Positions 27,961 to 41,027 of a stretch of 64,000 nt of DNA are shown here, piece by piece. The notes beneath the pieces are model-generated. The model was not told the origin of the DNA, made no database searches, and was given only the letters and a program-made list of their open reading frames with translations. Where the stretch lies: contig CAVZLN010000003.1 in NCBI GenBank assembly GCA_963776245.1, positions 128,001 to 192,000 on the forward strand. The letters run 5' to 3'. A program made the position numbers and the translations under genes. The stretch is from Candidatus Eiseniibacteriota bacterium (GTDB lineage Bacteria > Eisenbacteria > RBG-16-71-46). Within the stretch, counting starts at the first letter, position 1; each line of letters starts with the position of its first letter.

Positions 27961-29097
27961 ATGATCGTCCCGCCGCTCCTCGCCGGCGTGCTCGGCGCGC
28001 TCGCGATCGTCCTGGTGCTCTGGGACGCGTTCGAGACCATGCTGGTGCCGCGCCGCATCGGGCGCCGCGTGCGGCTGACCCGCTACTTCTACCTGCTGAG
28101 CTGGCGGCTGTGGCGGGCGGTCGCGCTGCGGGTCGAGAAGCCGGCGCGGCGCGAGGCCCTGCTCGGCTTCTACGCTCCGCTCTCGCTGCTCGGCCTGCTG
28201 GTGTGCTGGGCCGCCGGGATGGTGCTCGGCTTCGCGCTGCTCCAGCTCGCGGCCGGCCCGGCCGCGCCGCTCTCGCCCGGGCGCGCCGGGATGCTGCTCT
28301 ACATGAGCGGCGAGACCTTCTTCACCCTCGGCTTCGGAGACGTGGTGCCGCTCAGCGGCCTCGGCCGCCTGCTCTCGGTGCTCGAGAGCGGCATGGGCTT
28401 CGGCTTCCTCGGCACCGTGGTGGGCTACCTGCCCACGCTCTACGGCGCGTTCTCGCAGCGCGAGATCGAGATCTCGCTGCTCGACGCCCGCGCCGGGTCC
28501 CCTCCCACCGCGGCGGAGTTCCTCGCGCGCATCCCGGCCGCCGGCGAGGGCCTGCTGCACGCCACGCTGCGGGACTGGGAGCGCTGGTCGGCGCAGGTGC
28601 TCGAGACCCACATCTCGTATCCGCTGCTCGCCTACCATCGCTCGCAGCACAGCAACCAGTCGTGGCTCGGGGCGCTGACCACCATCCTCGATTCCACCGC
28701 GCTCGTGCTGGCCGGCGTCGAGGGGCTGCCCACCGGCCAGGCGCGGCTCACGTTCGCGATCGCGCGTCACGCGCTGGTGGACCTGACGCAGATCTTCGTC
28801 CCGCGGATCGCGCCCGAGGGCGCCGACCGGCTGCCGCCCGGGGAACTGGAGCGGCTGCGCGCGCAGCTGCGGAGCGCCTCCGTCCGCCTGCCCGCCACGG
28901 CGGAGCACGCCACGCGGCTGGCGGAGCTGAGGCGCATGTACGAGCCCTACGCCCAGGCGCTTGCCGGCCACCTGCTGCTCGAGCTGCCGCCCTGGGTCCA
29001 CGCGCAGAGCCGCCGGGACAACTGGCGCGGCGGACCGTGGGACAAGGCGCTCGGGGTGAGGCACGCCTCGGTGTTCAGCAGCGACGACCACTTCTGA
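27961..29097 (+). CDS. Potassium channel family protein (Ion_trans_2)
   Basis: YMSGETFFTLGFGDVVP filter motif flanked by TM helices; alternative start at 27925. Confidence 0.85.
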   Translation: MIVPPLLAGVLGALAIVLVLWDAFETMLVPRRIGRRVRLTRYFYLLSWRLWRAVALRVEKPARREALLGFYAPLSLLGLLVCWAAGMVLGFALLQLAAGPAAPLSPGRAGMLLYMSGETFFTLGFGDVVPLSGLGRLLSVLESGMGFGFLGTVVGYLPTLYGAFSQREIEISLLDARAGSPPTAAEFLARIPAAGEGLLHATLRDWERWSAQVLETHISYPLLAYHRSQHSNQSWLGALTTILDSTALVLAGVEGLPTGQARLTFAIARHALVDLTQIFVPRIAPEGADRLPPGELERLRAQLRSASVRLPATAEHATRLAELRRMYEPYAQALAGHLLLELPPWVHAQSRRDNWRGGPWDKALGVRHASVFSSDDHF

Positions 29098-29163
29098 GCG
29101 CCCGGCGGGCGGAGCGCTCGCAGCCCGCACCGCCCCGGCGATCGCGCCGGCCCCGGCGGTGGA

Positions 29164-31308
29164 CTAGGGCAGCCCTCTGCGGCGCCGCCACGCCCATTCC
29201 ACGCTGAGCAGCGCCACCACCACCGCGAACACCCACGGCGACTCCCACAGCCGCAGCGAGGCCGACGCGCGACGCGCCAGCGCGCGCGCGGGCAGCGCGC
29301 GCGCCCAGCGCTCGACGTCGGCGCTGCCGGACACCGAGCCCCCCGCCGCGTGCGCCATCGCGGCGAGGCCCGCGCTGTCGGGTGCCACCCGCGCCTCCTC
29401 GAGGCTCCAGCGGTCGACCGCGAACTCGGCGCGCCCGCGGCCCAGTTCGCGGCCGCCGCGCGCGCCACGCGCGTTCACGCTCCAGCGTCCGGGGGCCAGG
29501 TCCTCGAGCGCGGCCTCGTAGGCGCCGGCGCCGCGCGGCTCGAAGCGCACGCGCCGCTCGCGGCCCGCGGGGTCGCGCAGCACGCCCTCCACGGCCGCGC
29601 CGGCGATCGGCCGGAAGCCCTCGTCCTGGAGCGTGGCGAACAGGCGCACGGTCTCGCCGCTGGCGGTGACGAGGCGCTCGGCGCGCACGCGCAGCGGCTC
29701 GCCCTGCACCGGCTCGGCGAGCCAGCGCACCAGCCGCCGCCACAGCCGGCGCCCGCGCTCGGCGCTCAGCGCGTCGTGGCCGGTGAGCGACCAGCGCCAC
29801 ACCCCGGTGCCGTTCACGAACAGCGCCTGCCCGCGGCCGATGCGTCGCGCGAACAGCAGCGCCGGACCGGGCGCCGAGGCGGCGAGCAGCACGCGGTCCC
29901 CGGCGCCGAGCGCCACCGGGGCGAGGTCGGCGAGCGGCGCCGCGGCACGCCACGCGCGGTCGCCGCGCGCCGCGTCGTCGTCCCACGCGGTGAGCTCGCG
30001 GCCCTCGGGCGTGGGCGCGGGCGAGGCGCTGCGCGCGAACAGGCGCGGATCGAGCCCCACCGCCAGGTCGCCCGCGAGCGCGCCGGTGCGATAGCGTGTC
30101 ACCCCGGGCGCCGGGCCGCCGAGCAGCAGCAGCCCGCCGCCGCCGCGCGCGAACTCCGCGAGCGCGCGGTCGAACCCCGGGCCCACGTCACTGGCGCCGA
30201 GCCCGTCCAGCACCACCACCGCGAGGCCCTTCAGATCGCCGGGCGCCGGCGTGTCCACCCGGCGCGCGCGCTCGAGTGAGCGCCAGCCGTCGCGGTCCCG
30301 AGCCACCGCCCGCACCGCCAGGCTCGAGTCCCCGGACAGCGCGCGGCGCAGGAAGGCGAGGTCCCAGTTGGGCGCGGCGCTCACGATCAGCACGCCGAGC
30401 CGTCCGGGCGCCACCTCGACCGCGGCGGTGCGCGCGTCGTTGGCGCGGCTGGCATCGCCGGACAGGGTGTCCACCCGTGCGCGCCACACCGCGAGCCCGG
30501 GCCGGGCGGGGGTCACGCGCAGTTCGGCCACCGCCTCGGCGCCGCCGCCGGGGGCGATCACGGTGGCGTGCGCCAGCTCGCGCCCGTCCTCGAACAGCCG
30601 CACCGGCACCGGCGTGCCGCGCGGCTCGTTGGTCACCACGTGCACGCGCACCGGCGTGGCCTCGCCGACGCGGGCGGTGGCCGGGGTCTCGACCTCGGCC
30701 ACCGCGCGGTCGGCCCCGCCGCCCTCGCCCACCACCACCGCGTGCACCGGCAGTCCGAGCGCGCGCGCGGCCGCGACCGGATCGGCGCCGGCGTTCACCG
30801 CGCCATCACTCACCACCACCACGCCGTCGGCACGCTGTCCCGCCGGCGTCGCGGGGAGCTCCGCGAGGACATCGCCGAGCGCCGTGGCGCCGGCCGCGCC
30901 GGTGCCACTGCTGTCGGCGCCGAGCCGCGCGGCGAACGGCAGCACCTCGAGCCGCGCGCGCCCGCCCCACGCCCGCGCCAGCGACTTCACCACGCGATCG
31001 GCCTCGACCGCGCGCGTCGGACCGCCCACCCGCGCCGGCAGTCCCATGCTGCGCGAACGATCGAGCAGCACCACCAGCCGCGCCGGTCCGGCGCCCGTGG
31101 CGCGCTCGAGGACCGGCTGGGCCAGCAGCGCCGCGAGCCCCACCAGCGCCAGCACGCGCAGCGTGGTGAGCGCGCGGCGCGCGATCACGGGGAGCGGGGG
31201 GAGCGCGAAGCGGTACGCCCACACGCCGAGCCCGGCGAGCGCCAGCGCCGCCGCCAGCAGGAGCCCCCACGGCGCGTTCGGGGCGAGATGGAGTGAAAGG
31301 TCGGTCAC
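29164..31308 (-). CDS. Membrane protein with VWA domain and GATase-like segment
   Basis: N-terminal TMs, LLDRSRSM (MIDAS-like), VVVSDG, GGGLLLLGG, WRW, C-terminal TM LLSVEWAWRRRRGLP. Confidence 0.8.
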   Translation of the reverse strand: MTDLSLHLAPNAPWGLLLAAALALAGLGVWAYRFALPPLPVIARRALTTLRVLALVGLAALLAQPVLERATGAGPARLVVLLDRSRSMGLPARVGGPTRAVEADRVVKSLARAWGGRARLEVLPFAARLGADSSGTGAAGATALGDVLAELPATPAGQRADGVVVVSDGAVNAGADPVAAARALGLPVHAVVVGEGGGADRAVAEVETPATARVGEATPVRVHVVTNEPRGTPVPVRLFEDGRELAHATVIAPGGGAEAVAELRVTPARPGLAVWRARVDTLSGDASRANDARTAAVEVAPGRLGVLIVSAAPNWDLAFLRRALSGDSSLAVRAVARDRDGWRSLERARRVDTPAPGDLKGLAVVVLDGLGASDVGPGFDRALAEFARGGGGLLLLGGPAPGVTRYRTGALAGDLAVGLDPRLFARSASPAPTPEGRELTAWDDDAARGDRAWRAAAPLADLAPVALGAGDRVLLAASAPGPALLFARRIGRGQALFVNGTGVWRWSLTGHDALSAERGRRLWRRLVRWLAEPVQGEPLRVRAERLVTASGETVRLFATLQDEGFRPIAGAAVEGVLRDPAGRERRVRFEPRGAGAYEAALEDLAPGRWSVNARGARGGRELGRGRAEFAVDRWSLEEARVAPDSAGLAAMAHAAGGSVSGSADVERWARALPARALARRASASLRLWESPWVFAVVVALLSVEWAWRRRRGLP

Positions 31309-31347
31309 GATCCCCCGGACGGCGGACGACTCGGCGCGTTGCCTCGC

Positions 31348-31848
31348 TCAGCCGGCAGGACGGGTCTGGTCGGCGAGACGCAGTCCTTCCAGGATGAGGC
31401 GGTCGAGCTCGACGTCGAGCTGCACGTCCTCCCCCTCGGGACGCTCGCCGGGGTGGTAGAGGAAGCGCCCGTCGCGCCACAGCAGCATGCCGTAGAGGAT
31501 GCGCCGCACCACCTCGGTCACCGCGCGCTGCACCTGCTCCGGCGACACCGCGCCCGACGCCACCAGCATGCTGCCCACGCGCTCGCCGGGCGCGTCCTTC
31601 TGCACCGCGAGCGCCAGCTCGAGCGCGTCGGGGCTCACCTCGCCGCGGTGCACGAGGATCTGGCCGACCTTCACCGACTGGCCGCTGGTGCGCGCGAACA
31701 CCGGCCGGCCCCGCTCGAAGAACAGCTCCGCGGTCTCGCTCGCGCGCGCGAACTCGATGCGCCCGGTCGCCTGCGCGAGATGGAGCATCTGGAGCACCTC
31801 GCTCGGCAGGAAGTGCCGCAGATCGCCCTCGAGCGCGGTGTCGCTCAC
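31348..31848 (-). CDS. DUF4388 (PatA_N-like) domain protein
   Basis: LEGDLRHFLPSEVLQML..AQATGRI, VGQILV, WRDGRF, LILEGLRLAD. Confidence 0.85.
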   Translation of the reverse strand: MSDTALEGDLRHFLPSEVLQMLHLAQATGRIEFARASETAELFFERGRPVFARTSGQSVKVGQILVHRGEVSPDALELALAVQKDAPGERVGSMLVASGAVSPEQVQRAVTEVVRRILYGMLLWRDGRFLYHPGERPEGEDVQLDVELDRLILEGLRLADQTRPAG

Positions 31849-32759
31849 TTGGCCCCCCATCGCACGTCGCCCACCACCCGGCCCGGCACCTGCGCCGCGC
31901 CGCGCATCAGGCGCAGGTTGTACCAGCCGAGCGCCACGCCCTGGATCAGGGTGGCGCCGAGCAGCACGCCGAGGGCGATCTCGGTGAGGGGCGCGAGCGT
32001 CTCGACCAGCGTGCCGCGCACCGCGTGGAGCAGCATGAGGAACGCGACGAGCGAGGCGATGAACACCCCGGTGAGGCGGCCGAACAGCGTCGGGTGGATG
32101 CGCACCGGGCCGACGAACACGTAGAGGTACGCCGTGCCCACCACCAGCCACCCGTAGCGCAGCGCGGCGACCGCGAGCACCCACCAGGCCACCAGCCCGG
32201 CGACGTACAGCCCGGTGATGAGCGTGAGATTGAAGACGATGTCCACGATCGGGTCGAGCACGGTGCCGAGACGCGTGATCTGGTTCCAGCGCCGCGCCAC
32301 CGCCCCGTCCGCCACATCGGAGAGCTCCGCCAGCAGGTAGGCGGCCATCGCCAGCGCGTAGTGGCGCTCGGCGAGGAACAGCACCACCCCCGGGAGCAGC
32401 ACGACGCGCATGAGCGTGAGCACGGTGGGCACGTTGATGGCCGAGAGCCGGTAGCCCTCGCGGTCGCGCAGCAGTCCGACGCACGGCGTCACGAACGCGA
32501 ACGCCGCCAGGATGGTCAGCGAGGTGGCGAGGAAGAACTCGAGGGCCAGCGGGCGCTCCCCCGCCAGCGCGAGCGCGGCGGCGGCGAGGAAGGCGAGCGC
32601 GAACACCAGCAGCGCCACGCTCCAGATCGAGCGCACCGCGTCCGGATTGGCGTCGAGCTCCTCGCGTACGTGCCTCGCGGTGCGCCGCAGGTAGACCACG
32701 ACGGCCGCCGGCGTGAAGCGGTCCCGTCTCAGGTCCTGCAGGTACTCCTCGATGAACAC
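31845..32759 (-). CDS. CDP-alcohol phosphatidyltransferase family protein
   Basis: PTVLTLMR, SDVADGAVARRWNQITRLGTVLDPIVD. Confidence 0.9.
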   Translation of the reverse strand: MFIEEYLQDLRRDRFTPAAVVVYLRRTARHVREELDANPDAVRSIWSVALLVFALAFLAAAALALAGERPLALEFFLATSLTILAAFAFVTPCVGLLRDREGYRLSAINVPTVLTLMRVVLLPGVVLFLAERHYALAMAAYLLAELSDVADGAVARRWNQITRLGTVLDPIVDIVFNLTLITGLYVAGLVAWWVLAVAALRYGWLVVGTAYLYVFVGPVRIHPTLFGRLTGVFIASLVAFLMLLHAVRGTLVETLAPLTEIALGVLLGATLIQGVALGWYNLRLMRGAAQVPGRVVGDVRWGAK

Positions 32760-32942
32760 TCGGCCTCCGTCGGGGGAAGGACTGTGCGGCAGGATAGCGA
32801 GGCGGGCACGGGTCGGCAATGGCGGCGACGCGTCCGCGGCGGCGGATGCGCCGGCTCGCGGATGGGACGCGGACCGGCGGGCGAGCGCGGGGCCAGAATC
32901 GGCTGGACGCCGCCCGGTCGAGGGCCGATGCTGTGCCCCATC

Positions 32943-35087
32943 ATGCGCCCCGTCCGTGCCCGTCTCGCGACCCGCCCCGCGCCGGTCGCACGTGTCTCCG
33001 CGGCCCGCCGCGCCGCGCGGGCCGCCGGCGCGCTCGCTGCCGGAGCGGCCCTCGCGCTGCTCGCCTCGTGCACCTCATTCCTCCCGCCGCGCGGGGCCGC
33101 GTTCGACCCCGACACCGTTCCCGAGGCCCATGCGCGCGCCACCGGGGCGCTGATGTGGACCGGCGCCACGCGCGCGTTCCTGGTCACCCCCGAGGGCGAT
33201 CTGTTCAACGGCGAGTGGACGGTGCGGCTCACGCCCACCGCCGGAGGCGCCACCGCCTCCGCACCCCGCGCCATCGCCGCGGAGGACCGCACCTGGCCGG
33301 TGCTCCACTGGAACCGGCATGCGGGCCGGGTGCGGTTCGAGTTCGAGGCGGTGGCCTCCCCCGAGCCGGCCCCGCGCGACACCGGGCTGCTGGTCTCGCT
33401 GGTGGTGCGGGCGGTCAACACCGGTACCACCGAGGCCACGGCGGGCTTCGAGGCGCGCCTCGCTCCGCGCGTTCCGGAGGCGCCCTTCATCGCGCCCGAC
33501 GCGCCCGAGCGCGAGACGCCGAGCCGGGTGTGGGCCGGCGACGACGGCGAGCGGATGACGCTCGGGTGGAGCGCCGAGAGCGCCAGCGGGGACGCGGTCC
33601 GGGTGAGCTGGCGCCTCGCGCCCGGCGAGACCCGCACCACCCGGTTCCTGCTGCCGGCCTATCCGGAGCGCGCGGGCCAGCTCGCGCAGTGGTCGCGCCA
33701 GCCGCACGCGGCGCGCGCCGCCGCGGCGCGGCGCTACTGGAGCGGCGAACTCGACCGCGGCGCGCGGCTCGAGCTCGGCGACCCGGAGGTGGAGCGCGCG
33801 TTCCGCGCCGCCTCCATCGTGCTGCTCGCCTGCATGGAGCGCCGGGGGAGCGCGTGGGTGCCGATCGGGAACCCGTTCCAGTACCGCGACGTGTGGGTGC
33901 GCGACGGCGCGCGCGCGGTCCGCGCGCTGGCGGTGAGCGGACACGGGCGCGAGGCGCGCGCGCTCACCGACGGTCTGATGCTGTTCCAGTGGCCCTCGGG
34001 AGCGTTCCTGAGCCAGCGCGGCCAGCTCGACGGCACCGGGCAGGTGCTGTGGGCGCTCGACCAGGCGCTGCTGCGCCCCGACGTGGACGGGGACCGCATC
34101 GAGCGCGCCGCCGAGGCGGCGATGGCGGCGTGCCACTGGATCGAGAGCCAGCGCCGCATCGGCGCGCTCTCGGGCCTGGAGTACGGCACCATGCTGCCGT
34201 TCGCCGAGCCCCGCGACGCGGAGATGGTGCGCGCGCAACTGGTGGGCAGCGACGCGTGGGCGATCGGCGGGGAGCGCGCCGCGGTGCGCCTGCTGCGCGC
34301 CGCCGGCCGCACGGCCGCGGCCGACAGCGTCGCGGCCGCGCTGCTCCTCTATCGTGCCGACTTCGCCGCCGCCCTGGAGCGCACCGGATCGGCCGACGTG
34401 CCGCCGTCGTGGCAGGGCGTGGGACGCGACTGGGGCAACCTCTCGGTGGCCGTCCCGTGCGGGGCGCTGCCCCTCGACCATCCGCGCGTGGCCGCGCTGG
34501 AGCGTCGGGTGTGGGCCGAGGCGGGCGGCACCGGCCTCGGCTGGTACCACACCCGCGACTCGCTCCACACCTACATCGCGGTGGACATCGCCACCGGGGC
34601 GATGCTCGCCGGCCGGGCGAGCCTGGCCGACAGCATGCTCGCGGCGCTGCTCCACTGGCGCACCGCGAGCGGCGGCGCGGGCGAGATCGTGGCGCGCTCC
34701 ACGCGCGACTTCGGGCCCAACCTGCCGCCCCACGCCACCGCGGCCGCGGCGCTGGTGTCGCTGGTGCGCGACATGCTCGTGTACGACGACGGCGACACGC
34801 TCGTGCTCACCCCCGGCGCGCGCGCGGGGTGGTGGAACGGCGGCGCGATCCGCGGCGCGCCGACGCGCTTCGGGCGCATCAATCTCGAGTTCGTGCGCCG
34901 CGGCGGGACCGCGGAGTGGCGCTGGACGCCGGTGAAGGCGTGGGTGGCGCTCACCCTGCCGCCCGGCGCGCGGCTGGCCGGAGCACCCGCGGCGCCGCTC
35001 CGCAGCGGCGCGCGTCCGGAGGTGGTGCTCGCGCCGCCCGGGACCGCGACCGCGCGCGTCACACTCGCCACCGGGAGCGCCCGATGA
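32943..35087 (+). CDS. Lipoprotein with putative six-hairpin (alpha/alpha)6 glycoside hydrolase domain
   Basis: Lipobox LLASC; QYRDVWVRDGA, GQLDGTGQVLW, PPHATAAA, APTRFG. Confidence 0.65.
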   Translation: MRPVRARLATRPAPVARVSAARRAARAAGALAAGAALALLASCTSFLPPRGAAFDPDTVPEAHARATGALMWTGATRAFLVTPEGDLFNGEWTVRLTPTAGGATASAPRAIAAEDRTWPVLHWNRHAGRVRFEFEAVASPEPAPRDTGLLVSLVVRAVNTGTTEATAGFEARLAPRVPEAPFIAPDAPERETPSRVWAGDDGERMTLGWSAESASGDAVRVSWRLAPGETRTTRFLLPAYPERAGQLAQWSRQPHAARAAAARRYWSGELDRGARLELGDPEVERAFRAASIVLLACMERRGSAWVPIGNPFQYRDVWVRDGARAVRALAVSGHGREARALTDGLMLFQWPSGAFLSQRGQLDGTGQVLWALDQALLRPDVDGDRIERAAEAAMAACHWIESQRRIGALSGLEYGTMLPFAEPRDAEMVRAQLVGSDAWAIGGERAAVRLLRAAGRTAAADSVAAALLLYRADFAAALERTGSADVPPSWQGVGRDWGNLSVAVPCGALPLDHPRVAALERRVWAEAGGTGLGWYHTRDSLHTYIAVDIATGAMLAGRASLADSMLAALLHWRTASGGAGEIVARSTRDFGPNLPPHATAAAALVSLVRDMLVYDDGDTLVLTPGARAGWWNGGAIRGAPTRFGRINLEFVRRGGTAEWRWTPVKAWVALTLPPGARLAGAPAAPLRSGARPEVVLAPPGTATARVTLATGSAR

Positions 35088-35779
35088 GCCGGCGCGAGCG
35101 CGACGCGAAGCGCGCGACGGGGCGCCCCCGCAGGCCGGCGCGCGAGCCCGCGGCACCGCGCCGCGCGCGGGCGTGGTGGGTCGGGCTGGCCGCCGCGCTG
35201 CTGGCGCTCGCCGTGCTCGCGCTGGTGATGCGTCGCGCGGGCCCCCCGCAGGCCGCGCGCCCCGCGGGGCCCGCCTCGGCGATCGACCGCATGGACGTCA
35301 AGGCCGCCTATCTCGAGGGCGCGCGGCTCTACCAGGAACACCGTCACCTCGAGGCGCTGCCCTACTTCCGCCGGATCGGCGCGCTCCTTCCCAACCCGCC
35401 GCGCCAGTTCCACCTGCAGATCACCGACGTGCTCGATCATGCCGCGCTCCAGACCCGCTCGGACGCGGCGCAGCCGGCGAGCCGCTCGAGCGCGGAACGG
35501 GTGGCGATGGTGCGCGAGGCGCTCGCCCATCTCGACGCGGCGGAACGCCTCTCGACCACCCCGCGCGAGCTCGCCGAGGTGCGCGCGTGGCGTGCGATCG
35601 TGCTCCGGGTGTGGGGCTTCCCGTGGGAGGCGCTCTACTGGCTGCGCAGCTCGGCCGCCGCGGACCCGACCTGGACGGTGATGGGCCAGTCGGCCGACAT
35701 CCTGGTGATGCGTTTCCAGCACCCCGAGGTGGCGATGCCCGGCCTCGACCAGGAGATCACCCCTCCCATCTCACCCTGA
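35084..35779 (+). CDS. Hypothetical membrane-anchored helical (TPR-like) protein
   Basis: ATGA coupling to the upstream gene; single N-terminal TM; helical content. Confidence 0.55.
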   Translation: MSRRERDAKRATGRPRRPAREPAAPRRARAWWVGLAAALLALAVLALVMRRAGPPQAARPAGPASAIDRMDVKAAYLEGARLYQEHRHLEALPYFRRIGALLPNPPRQFHLQITDVLDHAALQTRSDAAQPASRSSAERVAMVREALAHLDAAERLSTTPRELAEVRAWRAIVLRVWGFPWEALYWLRSSAAADPTWTVMGQSADILVMRFQHPEVAMPGLDQEITPPISP

Positions 35780-35894
35780 GCCGGGTGGTCGGGTCTTCCA
35801 CCCCGCGAGCAGCGCGGGGGGCGGGCGCTCCTCGTCGGGCGCCGGGACCACGATGGCGACCCCGGGCGGGCGGGGCCCCGCGCACCCACGCGAA

Positions 35895-35918
35895 GGGCCG
35901 GGACGCGCGTCCCGGCCC
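35895..35918 (-). terminator. Perfect palindrome downstream of ppdK
   Basis: GGGCCGGGACGC/GCGTCCCGGCCC between convergent genes. Confidence 0.45.
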
Positions 35919-35932
35919 CGTCGCGATGGGGA

Positions 35933-38776
<2,844 letters not shown>

Positions 38777-38900
38777 CGAACCCTCCGGGTCCGAGGTGAC
38801 GGCCGCATCCACGGTGGGCACGGCTACCTCCTGTGTGCACCGGGCGCGGCGCCCCGGGCCGATGCGCTCGCGCGCGGCCGGAGCCCTTCCGCTTCCCGGA

Positions 38901-41027
38901 TCAGCGTCGGGGAGCGGGACGGATGAACGTCACCCCCGCGACCCCCTGGTTCAAACGGAGTGACTTTACATCCAGCCGCATCATGTTGTCGCCCGAGGCC
39001 CGCCGCTCCTCGCGGTAGGGCCACCAGACACCGTCCTCGGACCGCATGTCGGTATAGGTGCGGCGGGACAGCTCGGGCACCTGCAGACCGGCGGTCTCGT
39101 ACAGATCCATCCCCGCGAGCCGGCCGGTGGCCCGGTCGAAACGGTAGCGCCGGCGCTCGCCGGACGCCGTGATGACCTGCACGTCGTCGGTCTCGATGTC
39201 CCCGGCCCGTCCACTGCCGCAGTCCACCACGCTCGCCTGTCCGTCCGCGGCCGCCAGCATCAGGTGGGGCAGGTCGCTGGCGAACGCAGCGCGCAGCCCG
39301 AGCACGGAGAGGCTGTCGAGCGGGGTGCCGAGGGTGTCGGCTTCGTCCCGCGACCAGCCGGTGGTGCCGTCGAGCACCTGGCGGGTCTCGACCGAGAGGT
39401 AGCGCGAGATCGAGAGCAGGCGATACGGCTCGAGGCGCACCTGATGCAGCTCCCCATGGAGCTCGCGCCCGCCCGAGGTGAGCATCAGATCGTACTTCAC
39501 CTCGGAGTCGCGGATGCCCCGGAGCCGGGCGAGCCCGCCGTGCGCCTCGAGCGCGCGCGCCACCCGCGCGCGACCGCGCGCGATGCGCTCGGGGGTCGGG
39601 GTCACGAGGGTGTCGGAGTCGGCCACCGCCAGCGGCAGGGCCTCTTCGATCGTCCGGTTCTCGACCGGTCCGAGGGACTCGAGACCCGCGCGCAGGCGCT
39701 CGGCGGGGCCCGCGACCACCACCAGCGCGTGCCCGGGGTCGAACCAGCGCTTCGCGGCGTCGGCCACCGCGTCCGGCGTGACCGCCGCCAGCCGGTCGGG
39801 CGTGGCGACCAGCGCGTCGGCCGACTGCCCGCCGAGCGTGGCCGACTGCCATTGCGAGAGCGCTCCCCCCATGGATTCGAACAACAGCGGGAACGACGCG
39901 GTGAGCATGTGCCGCAGCGGAGCGAGCTCGGGCTCGGCGGGCGGCGACGTCACGAACGCACGCAACTCGTCGCGCAGGCGGCGGACCGCGGTCACCGCCG
40001 AATCCACCGGCACCGCGAGGCTGACCACCAGCAGTCCGCCGTCGCGCGAGATGCTCGCGTTGCCCCGCGGCGCGCCACCTCCGACACCGCCGCGCAGGCG
40101 GCCGAGGCGCGAGTCGGGGCCCATCGCGAACGCGCTCGCGGCCAGCGACACGGCTTCGCCTCCGGCCCGGCGGGCGGGCAGCACGAGGGCGAGACGCACC
40201 TCGGCCCAGCCCATGCCGGGCAGGTCCACGAGCGCGAGCCGGGGCTGCGCCAGCGGCGCCATCTCGGGCGGGCGGGCCTGCGGCGCCGCGCGACCGGCCC
40301 AGCGGCCGAACCAGTCGGCCGCGAGCGCCACCGCGCGCTCGGGCGTGACGTCGCCGACGATCGCGAGCACCGCGTGGTCGGGCCGCCAGACGTCGCGATG
40401 ATAGGCGCGCAGCGATTCGCGCGTGAGGTCGCCGAGCGAGCCCGGGGTCCCGAACACCGGACGACCGTACGGATGCCCGGGGAGCGCCAGCGCCCACGCC
40501 TGGTCATCGGCCAGCGTGGCGGGCATGGAACGTGATTGCATCAGGGTCCGGAGCGACTGGGCGCGCGATCGCTGGAACTCCTCCTCAGGGAAGATCGGGT
40601 CGAGCGCCGCGTTGCTCATGAGCTCGAGCCCGGCCTCCAGGTCGCGGGCCAGGAATGAACCGCTCAGCGTGGAACAGTCGCGAGACGCCTGGGCGGCGAT
40701 CGTGCCGCCGATCCGGTCCACGGCGGCGGCGAACCCGTCGGCGGTGCGGGAGGTCGTGCCGCGCCTGAGCATCTGCGCGGTCAGCATGGCGACGCCCTCC
40801 TGGCCCGCCGGGTCGGCAGCGGCGCCGCCCGGCACCAGCAGCAGGACCTGCACGATCGGCAGGCGGGGCCGCGGGAGCACCAGCACGCGCAACCCGTTGT
40901 CGAGCGTGCGTTCCACCGGGCGCGCGAGCGCGGCCGGCGCGGACGCGGCGGAGGCCACGGTGGCGATGGGAGCGAGGGACAGCGCGAGCGCCAGCAGCGC
41001 GGGCAGGGGGAGCGGATTCGGGCGCAT
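38901..41027 (-). CDS. Exported M16 (pitrilysin-family) non-catalytic subunit with an extra C-terminal domain
   Basis: Signal peptide; LDNGLRV, GVAMLTAQMLRRGT, HPYGRP, IVGDV; C-terminal ALEAHGG...beta-rich domain. Confidence 0.85.
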   Translation of the reverse strand: MRPNPLPLPALLALALSLAPIATVASAASAPAALARPVERTLDNGLRVLVLPRPRLPIVQVLLLVPGGAAADPAGQEGVAMLTAQMLRRGTTSRTADGFAAAVDRIGGTIAAQASRDCSTLSGSFLARDLEAGLELMSNAALDPIFPEEEFQRSRAQSLRTLMQSRSMPATLADDQAWALALPGHPYGRPVFGTPGSLGDLTRESLRAYHRDVWRPDHAVLAIVGDVTPERAVALAADWFGRWAGRAAPQARPPEMAPLAQPRLALVDLPGMGWAEVRLALVLPARRAGGEAVSLAASAFAMGPDSRLGRLRGGVGGGAPRGNASISRDGGLLVVSLAVPVDSAVTAVRRLRDELRAFVTSPPAEPELAPLRHMLTASFPLLFESMGGALSQWQSATLGGQSADALVATPDRLAAVTPDAVADAAKRWFDPGHALVVVAGPAERLRAGLESLGPVENRTIEEALPLAVADSDTLVTPTPERIARGRARVARALEAHGGLARLRGIRDSEVKYDLMLTSGGRELHGELHQVRLEPYRLLSISRYLSVETRQVLDGTTGWSRDEADTLGTPLDSLSVLGLRAAFASDLPHLMLAAADGQASVVDCGSGRAGDIETDDVQVITASGERRRYRFDRATGRLAGMDLYETAGLQVPELSRRTYTDMRSEDGVWWPYREERRASGDNMMRLDVKSLRLNQGVAGVTFIRPAPRR

